From Octopus sinensis (lineage: Eukaryota): a stretch of DNA of 10,655 bases. The notes under the pieces were generated by a model. The model was not told where the DNA came from, did not search any database, and was given only the letters and a program-made list of their open reading frames with translations. The stretch is from assembly GCF_006345805.1 (NCBI RefSeq), contig NW_021827365.1, positions 1 to 10,655 on the forward strand, read 5' to 3'. The number at the start of each line of letters is the position of its first letter. Position 1 is the first letter of the stretch. The position numbers were made by a program, and so were the translations under genes. Below, one piece after another: positions 1-7,903 of this stretch.

Positions 1-58
1 CTCTAGAACCTCAGAGAGGCCTTTGAGGGATGATTCCTGCGTCGGAGAGCCCGGTCCG

Positions 59-736
59 TTATCCTAAGCCATAGGCTAGCCTTAGGCTCGTCTTCTTACC
101 TTTTAAGCGCGTCAACATGCTTATCCTGTCCTCATGGAAGTACCAAGCGTGGACGCCATAGGTCAAGACGGGTAACACCATGGCGTTAAACACGCGGAAC
201 CAGGCACCTCTGCTCAAGTGGAAAGCACGCAACGCGCCTAATCGCTGCATTGCACGCATTTTCGTACGTGCAATGTGATCATCAAACTTACCGGACGGCT
301 TAAAGAGCACGCCCAAATAAGTCATCCGATCAACTGCAGCAATTGCTGACCCGCTCAGCAAAATCCTAGGAACAAAATTAGTGTAACCCCTCGTCTTTTT
401 ACAGACTTTAAGGACACTGCACTTGTCCGCACACATCCTTAGACCCCTACTCCCACACCAGTTTGAAAGTCCATCCACAGCAACCTGAAGCCTACGACAC
501 GCACACTCCGGTTTCATCGAGTGATCCCAGAGGATAATGTCGTCTGCATAAATTACCATTTCAGTACGTCCATTGACTGGCATAGGCGCAGAAGCCATAA
601 AGACATTGAAAAGTGTGGGACTGAGCACAGAGCCCTGAGGGACCCCGCGAAGGACTGTTGCGACTTTAGAAAAGACCCCCTGGTGCCGCACGACCTGTCC
701 GCGAGATTCAAGGAACCCCGATCCGCTACACTGCAC
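59..736 (-). pseudogene. LINE reverse transcriptase, C-terminal half
   Basis: FLESRGQVV...GVPQGSVLSPTLFNVF...IYADDI...YLGV...HI...LPVLTYG..W are canonical non-LTR RT/thumb motifs. No endonuclease or N-terminal RT motifs upstream. The frame is broken by small indels below position 130. Confidence 0.93.
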
Positions 737-739
737 TTC

Positions 740-1055
740 GTCGCCCTACATAATTTTAGTAGGCGCACGCACAACTGCACCGCAGGACTAATACTGTCCT
801 GCGGTACACGCTCGCCAGGGGGTGAGTGCAATGGCATCTCCACGTATGGAGGACGCCTTTTCAACCCCAGGCGGGCGGTACCCCCCTTAGCCTCCTCGGA
901 AGGCATTGCCGGCTTAGGAAACCAAGCGGACTCGGAAACTTTCACCAGCTTTGCCAACTTTGTCGGCGAAGGCGGGACCGACCCACTCGCAGCATGGCTC
1001 ACAGGTTCCACTGGCCTCGCCACCCCAGCGGATTTGGAAGGTTTGTATTTGGAAG
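740..1055 (-). other. Probable ORF1 C-terminal low-complexity tail of the same LINE, out of frame with the ORF1 fragment
   Basis: Frame of ORF 553..1023 reads [17 protein letters not shown]...SPAVQLCVRLLKL: Pro/Ser/Lys-rich then an amphipathic end, as commonly follows ORF1 zinc knuckles. Position and GC content fit; no diagnostic motif. Confidence 0.45.
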
Positions 1056-1862
1056 CACCAGGCGCTCGGCTTCTGCAGGAGATCCCAGTGTAATCTCCAC
1101 CACTTCAAGAGGGCGATTGCCCTGCTTGATGCGTGCAATGGCAGAGGCACTGGGGTACTCCTGCTGCAGGTGATCTAGGAGGTCATTATCCTCGAAGTCC
1201 CGAGGAACCCCGAGGAGGAGGACACTTACCTTTCTTACCTTACGTTCGATCCTGACTAGGCGATGCATGCCAGGACCGAACGGATTTGACTTCTCCAACT
1301 CCCCTTTGAAGTTGGAGAAGTCATCCTCCTTCTCCCACCCAAGCAGGAATTGGGTGGGCTCCCTCTTCAGGACTCTATACAGCTTTGAGGGCTGGATAGA
1401 GTCCAAGACACCTAAAATTTTTATGACCGAGGCCTTCCCACTAATAGGGAGGACCTCAAGTCGTGCCACAGCACCAAAGGTAATTCTACCCCCGGACCCA
1501 GTGGTCTTCTTTGGGTGTGCATCCACCTGAGCGGACACACACCCAGTACCTAAAACATTAGGGGGGGTTGGACGGCCGGCAACACGTTTGGGTTTCCCCA
1601 CCGTGTGCCAACCGTCCTCGGGTGAAACCTTATTTCCTGCCGAGGAAGAGGAGTCTCCAGTGAGTGCTGAACCCACGTGGGAGGGTCCAGGCTTCTTCTT
1701 CCTTTCCTCGTAGATTTTTCCAGAAATTCTTCGAACACCTCCTCTTCGACATAGTCTTCTTATTGCTGGCTTAGTAATTCCTTGTATATTGTCAATTAAT
1801 ATCTTTCGAAATCGTTTTGCACCACTCTTTCCTCCTTTGCCACCTTTACCACGTCCAGACAT
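999..1862 (-). CDS. Chimeric ORF, 287 aa: histone H4 residues 1-53 fused in frame to a LINE ORF1 fragment
   Basis: Uninterrupted ATG-to-TGA frame. The N-terminus is H4 up to IYEE, then switches at 1703 to RKKKPGP...[11 protein letters not shown]...[24 protein letters not shown]...[20 protein letters not shown]. Expression is unknown. Confidence 0.75.
   Translation of the reverse strand: MSGRGKGGKGGKSGAKRFRKILIDNIQGITKPAIRRLCRRGGVRRISGKIYEERKKKPGPSHVGSALTGDSSSSAGNKVSPEDGWHTVGKPKRVAGRPTPPNVLGTGCVSAQVDAHPKKTTGSGGRITFGAVARLEVLPISGKASVIKILGVLDSIQPSKLYRVLKREPTQFLLGWEKEDDFSNFKGELEKSNPFGPGMHRLVRIERKVRKVSVLLLGVPRDFEDNDLLDHLQQEYPSASAIARIKQGNRPLEVVEITLGSPAEAERLVLPNTNLPNPLGWRGQWNL
1056..1703 (-). pseudogene. 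LINE ORF1 (gag-like) fragment with RRM-like region; zinc knuckles absent
   Basis: [11 protein letters not shown] and LLGVP..D..D.DL...L...Y......R......P...V.I.....EAERL resemble ORF1 proteins of I/Jockey/CR1-type LINEs. No CX2CX4HX4C follows. Confidence 0.7.
1704..1862 (-). pseudogene. H4: Histone H4, 5' half (codons 1-53), divergent
   Basis: [53 protein letters not shown] aligns directly to canonical H4. The remainder (TRGVLK...YGFGG) is not present in the window. Confidence 0.95.
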
Positions 1863-1937
1863 TAGGAAAAATTCTCTAAATGAAGAAAAATTTTATTTTA
1901 AAATGAAAGGCTGTTAGAGGGTATAATTAAGACCTTC

Positions 1938-1949
1938 GGCATTTCTGCC
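1938..1949 (-). other. Small GNRA-loop hairpin in the LINE 3' UTR
   Basis: Minus strand GGCA-GAAA-TGCC, a perfect 4-bp stem with a GAAA loop, 15-25 nt from the inferred 3' end. Confidence 0.4.
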
Positions 1950-2355
1950 TTTTCAGTCCTGCACACCGCTCCCCTCTCAGCCGCAAGCTAAAACTTACCT
2001 CCTTACCTGCCACCCAGAAATAATCTTCTCTAGAACCTCAGAGAGGCCTTTGAGGGATGATTCCTGGGCGTCGGAGAGCCCGGTCCGGTATCCTAAGCCA
2101 TAGGCTAGCCTTATGGCTCGTCTTCTTACCTTTTTAAGCGCGTCAACATGCTTATCCCTGTCCTCATGGAAGTACCAAGCGTGGACGCCATAGGTCAAGA
2201 CGGGTAACACCATGGCGTTAAACACGCGGAACCAGGCACCTCTGCTCAAGTGGAAAGCACGCAACGCGCCTAATCGCTGCATTGCACGCATTTTCGTACG
2301 TGCAATGTGATCATCAAACTTACCGGACGGCTTAAAGAGCACGCCCAAATAAGTC

Positions 2356-2415
2356 ATCCGATCAACTGCAGCAATTGCTGACCCGCTCAGCAATCCGATC
2401 AACTGCAGCAATTGC
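2356..2415. repeat. 23-nt direct duplication at the 5' junction of copy B
   Basis: ATCCGATCAACTGCAGCAATTGC occurs at 2356-2378 and 2393-2415; the second copy starts where homology to copy A ends. Confidence 0.9.
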
Positions 2416-2954
2416 AGAAACTCCTAAACCAACTTCTTAACTTTAAATTAATTATTTGAATAATGCACTGTTATTTTGTAATATTATTTTCGAAGTACAT
2501 TAGATCAACCGGTTAAGTTAAGTTGCTTTAACCTATTTCGAAATAATTTCAAATACAATTTACACGTTTAAAAGTAATTTTAGATAAAATATCATAATAC
2601 TGTGTTATTTTATCATTGGCAAAATATTCTACCTGTCCAATATAATTTACTTATTATGCTAAATTATCCTAAAAAATAGTAAATATATACAGTGAACAAA
2701 AATAAAAACTGAAAAAGCATTTTCTCACGAATTTACTATGAAAAATATCTAAAAAAAATAACTTCTATTGATTTAAAACATTAAATAAAGTATTTTTTAG
2801 TTTTTTAAAAAAATATTATATTTTGTGACATGGGTAATCAGGCCTATGGGCAACCTGTTTTTTACGTGTTACTGTGGCAACTACTTAATACATTAATACT
2901 AAAAAAATTTTTAATCAAGTCAAACAATAATAAATTAATAGTTAATCAGAAACT

Positions 2955-3538
2955 AAGCTGAACAAGATAAAGAAAGAGTGGATCGGCAAACGACGACTCT
3001 GTACGTCACTTCGTCTGAGGATGTATGAAGCCTTTGTCAAACCAATCCTGACATATAATTCGGCGACCTGGGGAATGTCTAGTACTGAACAACGTGGACT
3101 CGATTCTTTTCACCGCAGGCAACTTAGATCCCTACTGGGATTGAACTGGCCTATAAGAATCAACCAGGAATCGCTATACAATAGATGCAGAACTGGCCCT
3201 CTGAGTGTGGAAATCGTTAATATGCGGTGGAGGTTATTTGGCCATATTCTACGAATGGACATGCTTGCCCCAGCTAACATAGCAATGGAGGGCTACTTCT
3301 GAAAGAGGGATCGAGCTTCCGTGGACGTCCACGTGTTACGCTGCCGGAAACACTTGACGGAGACCTGAAATGTGTGAAGAAAAGGCTAAGGAGTGGTGAG
3401 GATCTGGACGAGCTGAGGAAACTCGCTCACGACAGAGGAGGTTGGAGGAGGCTGGTTCAAAGGATTGTTTTTAATGCTGCACGAGTAAAATTATAACTAA
3501 TATGATTCTACGTATGTTGCAAATAATAATAATAATAA
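2955..3538 (+). mobile_element. 5'-truncated RTE-type LINE, ORF2 C-terminus with (AAT)n tail
   Basis: W....L...LRLRMYEAFVKPILTYNSATW...LDSFHRRQLR.LLG..W...I...LY...RWRLFGHILRM, then after a stop/frameshift near 3300-3317 FRGRPRVT...D L...LAHDRGGWRRLV; stop at 3494-3496; AAATAATAATAATAATAA at 3521-3538. Confidence 0.88.
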
Positions 3539-3545
3539 GCAGATC

Positions 3546-3848
3546 TCACTCCAGCTCGCTGATATCCACCAGCTGATATCTCCTTCTCTTGGAAGAAGAG
3601 CCTACTTCCAGCTGCTTCTTACTCCCCATTACCACATCTGATTTAACCATTGCATCTTCTTTAGAATTCATTGGATCGTCTTCATTTTTGCATGCCATCT
3701 CCACATACCGGTTGCAAGCAGAGGCGTATTCTTCACCAGATACCTTCATTCCGTGCTTGTGTTCGATCATCATACTCTCGAGCGTTCTTTTCAGTACAAC
3801 GGATTGGATGTATGTCCTCGTTCCTGCTTCAATAGATAGTTTCTTCAT
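3546..3848 (-). CDS. Hypothetical protein, 100 aa
   Basis: Open ATG-TGA frame whose start coincides with a sharp AT-rich to mixed composition change; KRRR basic cluster near the C-terminus. No recognised domain. Confidence 0.35.
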   Translation of the reverse strand: MKKLSIEAGTRTYIQSVVLKRTLESMMIEHKHGMKVSGEEYASACNRYVEMACKNEDDPMNSKEDAMVKSDVVMGSKKQLEVGSSSKRRRYQLVDISELE

Positions 3849-4004
3849 ATAATTTTTGAAGCATTTTTAAATTAATACTAATAACTTTAAAAACTAATTA
3901 ATAGATATTTAATAGTTATTTTGTTTAATGCCACATCAACACCGATTTTTTCTCACTATTTGAAAATTCGACCTAACCGTGAATTTCGACCTATACCTCT
4001 ACGC

Positions 4005-4487
4005 GTGAATTGGACAAAATTGTGCGTATTTCACAAGTATCGGAATACTTGGATTCGAATTTATCCAAAATTTAAGCTGGATTCGTCAGGCATCCTCTGC
4101 ATCCGTTGAAAGAGCTATTAAAATGCTGAAAAATATTTTAAAAAAAGATAGAAACTTCTATCCAGACAATATCAAGCATTACTTCTTATTATATTACAAT
4201 AAATAAAATTTAAATGTTATTTTTATTATTTTGGCGCCTGGGGATCATATCGAACACAAAGAGAGGATGCGTAGTCTGATTGGGAATGTCGGGATCACCT
4301 AATTAATCTTGTTTTCTGGCCTGACGGTGCTCCTGGTTTTTAAATAAATAAATTTTTATTATTTTAAGTTATAGATTTTACAATTTTAAATGCTAGATTT
4401 GATCATTTTAAGTGCTAATTTTTTAAATTATAAATGCTAGATTTAGCGCTAAAAATTTTTTTTAAGTGCTAGAAAAAATTTGCCCTG
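4005..4487 (+). mobile_element. hAT DNA transposon 3' remnant (transposase C-terminus, subterminal repeats, right terminus)
   Basis: 4081-4206 reads IRQASSASVERAIKMLKNILKKDRNFYPDNIKHYFLLYYNK-stop, matching the hAT S.S.ER.FS dimerisation motif. TGCTA at 4391, 4413, 4435, 4467; ends AATTTGCCCTG (reverse complement CAGGGC...) at 4487. Left end not found. Confidence 0.7.
4233..4352 (+). mobile_element. 120-bp retroposed insert (LINE/SINE 3' end) with (TAAA)3 tail and 13-bp TSD
   Basis: TTTTTATTATTTT at 4220-4232 and 4353-4365 flanks a GC-richer segment ending TAAATAAATAAA. It contains a short frame ending ...HKERMRSLIGNVGIT-stop. Confidence 0.7.
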
Positions 4488-5649
4488 CTTATGAGTGAAG
4501 AATCAACTAAAAACTGGATCCAATTTATTAAACGAAGCACTTTTACATATAACATTCTTATATAAATGAAACACCATTTAAAAAACTAAGAGGAGTTTCT
4601 GGTATAAACACCGTCATTCATGATGATAAAAGTTTTTTTAATTTTTTTAATTTCAAAGAAAGTGAGTGTTCGGATCATTTTTATCATGTATCATCAGAGA
4701 ATATGGATGTACAAAATATTTTAGATGTTTCAGGTAAATTTTGTATAACATATGCTAGACAACTTGGATGCTAGTGATTTTATATTGAATTTTTCTCCAC
4801 CTAATTTAAATTCACCATATTTTAACGCATGAATAAAAAATGAATGTTCATCAATCGAAATACGATTTTTCATTGGGAGCGGAGTATTTTTAGTGAATAA
4901 TTGGTTAGGTTAGAGTTCTAAAAGATTTTGGGACAATCCTTCCCTAAGGCTAACCGATTTGAATCCCCATATGAAGAACCTGCTGAAGTTGTTCAAATTT
5001 TTTGTCAAACAATCGACTAGAGGTCTATTTTATTATTATTTTATTTAACAGATTAAAACAAGTTCAGGGAAGTCTAAAATAGTTATATGAATCAAGTTAA
5101 AAAAACGTAGACGCTATATTTTAATAAATTTTTATTGTTGAAACGATTATTGATTAGAAATCAATGCAATTAAATTAATTATTAAATTTGACAGTCACCA
5201 TGACAGGCATTATTATTTATTTACAGGTGACATGTAACCACCATGGGATGGGTAGGTCGTGTGGGACGCGACATATTAACCTGTTTAAATAGCGATTCAG
5301 CATGTGTTGGGAATCAATTTCGTTCACAGCATGAGAGAGTAAATAATGATTATATCGAGACTTGAACCACTTAATTATTCCAGTATCTAATGGTTGTGTT
5401 GAGTTTTTGGAAAGAACAATAGCTCAATAAATTTACTGTAGTTACTAATTTTATGATTGCGAGGTTTTAAAATATTAATACATTTTAATAAAAATTTAGA
5501 GACTAATTGTTAATATTGATGTATAAAATGACTATTTATATATTTCGCTGAATATAGTGCAGCTGGAAGCATCCTATGCCGTAATTTTAATTCGTATCTA
5601 AAACAGATAGATCCCAATGATTATAAAATTCAAAAAAAGAATAAAATCA

Positions 5650-6158
5650 ATGTTCTCAATGCTTGAATATTATCTCGGACACAATCCACTGATAATTTTC
5701 TTCTAAGTCTGGCAATCAAACACCTAGAAAATATAAAGACAAAATTTGGTGATTATTTTTTTGCTGAAGATCCAATTCTAAACTGGATCGTTTATTTTTT
5801 CTTGACTTTATTTAAAGAATATCAGGAACTTAATTATCAGCAAGCCAGATTCTTTTCAAATGTACTTCATTATTGGATTTTTTATTTTCTCATTAATAAT
5901 CACTTCTTTTTTTTAAGTGTCAGTTGCGAAAGAATTCCCCATTTTGAGTAAAATTGCATTGAAATCAATACTTGAATTCCTAACTACGTATCACTGTGAA
6001 TGGCGATTTTAAGTACTGGAATCACTGTGAATGGCGCCTGACTTTTCTAAAAACAAAATAGACTACGGTTACAAGAAGATATGCAAGTAGCGCTGTCAAA
6101 AATAGAGCCTAACATAGTAAAATTATTTTTAACAGACAAAATCAAAAAGTACTGCTAA
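5650..6158 (+). pseudogene. hAT transposase C-terminal remnant, Buster/ZBED8-FAM200-like
   Basis: Across frameshifts: MFSMLE; IKHLENIKTKFGDYF....LNWI; SVAKEFPILSKIALK.ILEFLTTYHCE; LKTK; RLQEDMQVALSKIEPNI..L; stop at 6156-6158. The order matches Buster-type transposases. Confidence 0.8.
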
Positions 6159-6571
6159 ATTGTCTGTTATTTTGATAATTTTCATGTTATTTTCAGTTTC
6201 ATCAAATTCTATTTGCATTACATCTGAAATATGAGTCTCTAAAAGTTCAGATTGAATATTTCGATTAATTTCGAAATCATTGATAACTTGTCGCATATTT
6301 ATCTTCAATAATGTCTCATAATAATTCTCATAAATATCGCCTTGTTTCTGACTAAAAAAATAAAATATCGCCTATAGAAATTACTTCATTTGAATAAGAT
6401 AATTTAAAAGAATTGATAAACCCATATTAAGGGGTTGAAGAATGACAGTTGCATTATTTGGAAAGTTGAAAAATATAAAATTTTGAATAATTTGAACATC
6501 TATGACACGTAGCATTATCAAGAATTGTAAATTTTTTGATTTTGTGAAAACATCTCAATATTAATTTTTTG

Positions 6572-7835
6572 TAACCATTAACACACTTGGTAACTAACTT
6601 ATAAAGTGTCGACATGCATGTTATAAGCCGTAAATCTTTCGGGGTCTCACAATCGTTCTTTTTAGGAATTAGATATGTAATTCCAGTATAAAACCAGTTT
6701 TCTGGCATGTACTCACCGTTGATTATTTTCTTGATTTCAACACATAAATATTCATTCAGAGATTCTAGTCTTTTAATGAAGAAATTATATATTCCGTCAC
6801 ATCCCGGTGCCTTCCAGTCAGGAAGATAGTTAATGATCTCCATTATGTAATTATTTGTTAAATCTGGCAACATGTCTTCACTGCCGGTTATTATTTTACT
6901 AACATTGTCCAGTGGCACGGATATTTCGCGCCTTTTGCTCCATACTTTTTCCCAGAACGACATGCACTCCTCATCGTCAAAAGGGTATGTTGTGACTTCA
7001 TTACTCTCTGATAAGTTTCTGTAAAATCTTCTTCTGTTTAGTTCGAAGCAAACATTTTCCTTACGGAAGTCCTTCCTCGAGTTATATACAGCAATTTGTT
7101 TTTTCTTAACTCTGATTAGGTCATGTAGTAAGGATTCGATTCTCGAAAACTCTCCTTTTTTTTCTTTTTATATCCATAACGACATAGAATATCCATCACA
7201 TTTTGGTTTTCACACTGTGGCAGAGCCTGTCTTACGTAACAATTTACAAGTTCTAGTCTAGTTCTGCGGATAATTTTGAAATCTTCGCTTCGGTATTTCC
7301 CAACCATGTTGGTCTGTGGCTTACCTTTCTTAGTTAAGACTGAGTAGGCACACTGGGCAGCATATAAAATATCACAAATTGCTTGATATCTCGAGGTGGA
7401 TCGTCCCTTGTAATATGAATATTGCAGAGTTTAATCCCATTAAAATATCACTTGGACATATTTTCTTGGAATTTTCCATGTAGGCTTACGAGCCTCTCTC
7501 GGTATCGATTTAACTTCCTTAATTTGGAAGTTAATCTCTCCAGGCAATTTCTGAAATTTGAGATTTCCACTTGTTTCCTTGTTGGGAATTGTTTGCTATT
7601 AGATCCACCAGCTTCATTATTGTTACCAACTACTGGTTTGAGTTTGGCCATATTTGTTTCCTATAGGAACAGAATTGAGCCATGCCAAAGGACTCTCGAA
7701 CTGGACAAAAGAATAAAAGCTATTTATCGACAAATAGATATGACCATAACTTCGCCACTGCCTGTCAGCACTTCCCAAGGGAAGAGGCTAGCATCCTTAC
7801 CTGAGGGAATATCAGAATAGAGGAAGTAATGAACA
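6572..7835 (-). mobile_element. R4/Dong-like non-LTR retrotransposon, 5' part only (N-terminal region to early RT)
   Basis: With several frameshifts: EARKPTWKIPRK; DILYAAQCAY; WLGNTEAKISKL; then open from about 7170 to 6572: EN..FELNRRRFYRNL...FWEKVW...WKAPGCDGIYNFFIK...WFYTGITYLIPK...LRLITCMSTLYKLVT. It becomes AT-rich non-homologous sequence after KCVNG. The 7651-7835 portion is inferred as 5' UTR from GC content. Confidence 0.82.
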
Positions 7836-7903
7836 GATTAAGAAAATTATACTTTAATTAATACTTAATTGTTTAAAAAAAACTTTAAAAAATTACTAAA
7901 ATT

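Larger units (their letters stand above)
1..1703 (-). mobile_element. APE-type non-LTR retrotransposon (I/Jockey-group-like LINE), copy A; internally deleted, 3' end outside the window
   Basis: GC-rich block carrying, in order on the minus strand, an ORF1-like region, a Pro/Ser-rich tail and RT motifs. Positions 1-361 match copy B (2028-2393) almost exactly. Clade assignment is from motif memory only. Confidence 0.85.
1922..2415 (-). mobile_element. 5'-truncated 3' end of the same LINE (copy B): end of ORF2 plus short 3' UTR
   Basis: 2028-2393 matches 1-361. Intact frame ...TYGVHAWYFHEDRDKHVDALKKVRRRAIRLAYGLGY...WQVRR-stop at 1995, then about 70 nt of UTR. The 3' boundary near 1922 is estimated from composition; no tail or TSD seen. 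Confidence 0.88.

Noticed and set aside
521-1530. Plus-strand ORFs 521..1093, 826..1173, 951..1178, 1267..1530 as genes
   Set aside because: They are antisense shadows of the GC-rich LINE; the recognisable motifs are all on the minus strand.
1704-1921. Established H4-specific targeting by this LINE
   Set aside because: Copy B's 3' end joins the H4 leader, not H4 codon 54, and copy A's 3' junction is outside the window. Kept only as a hypothesis.
2839-2885. hAT-like terminus CAGGCCTATGGGCAACCTG
   Set aside because: No partner inverted repeat or TSD found in the window.
3921-4109. 62-aa ORF as a gene
   Set aside because: It overlaps the frameshifted hAT remnant, whose recognisable motif is in another frame.
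4903-4913. TTAGG telomeric repeats (also near 10207 and 10600)
   Set aside because: At most two units each; expected by chance or from small repeat motifs.
6454-6571. C-terminal part of ORF 6454..6963 as RT sequence
   Set aside because: After KCVNG it is AT-rich read-through with no RT motifs.
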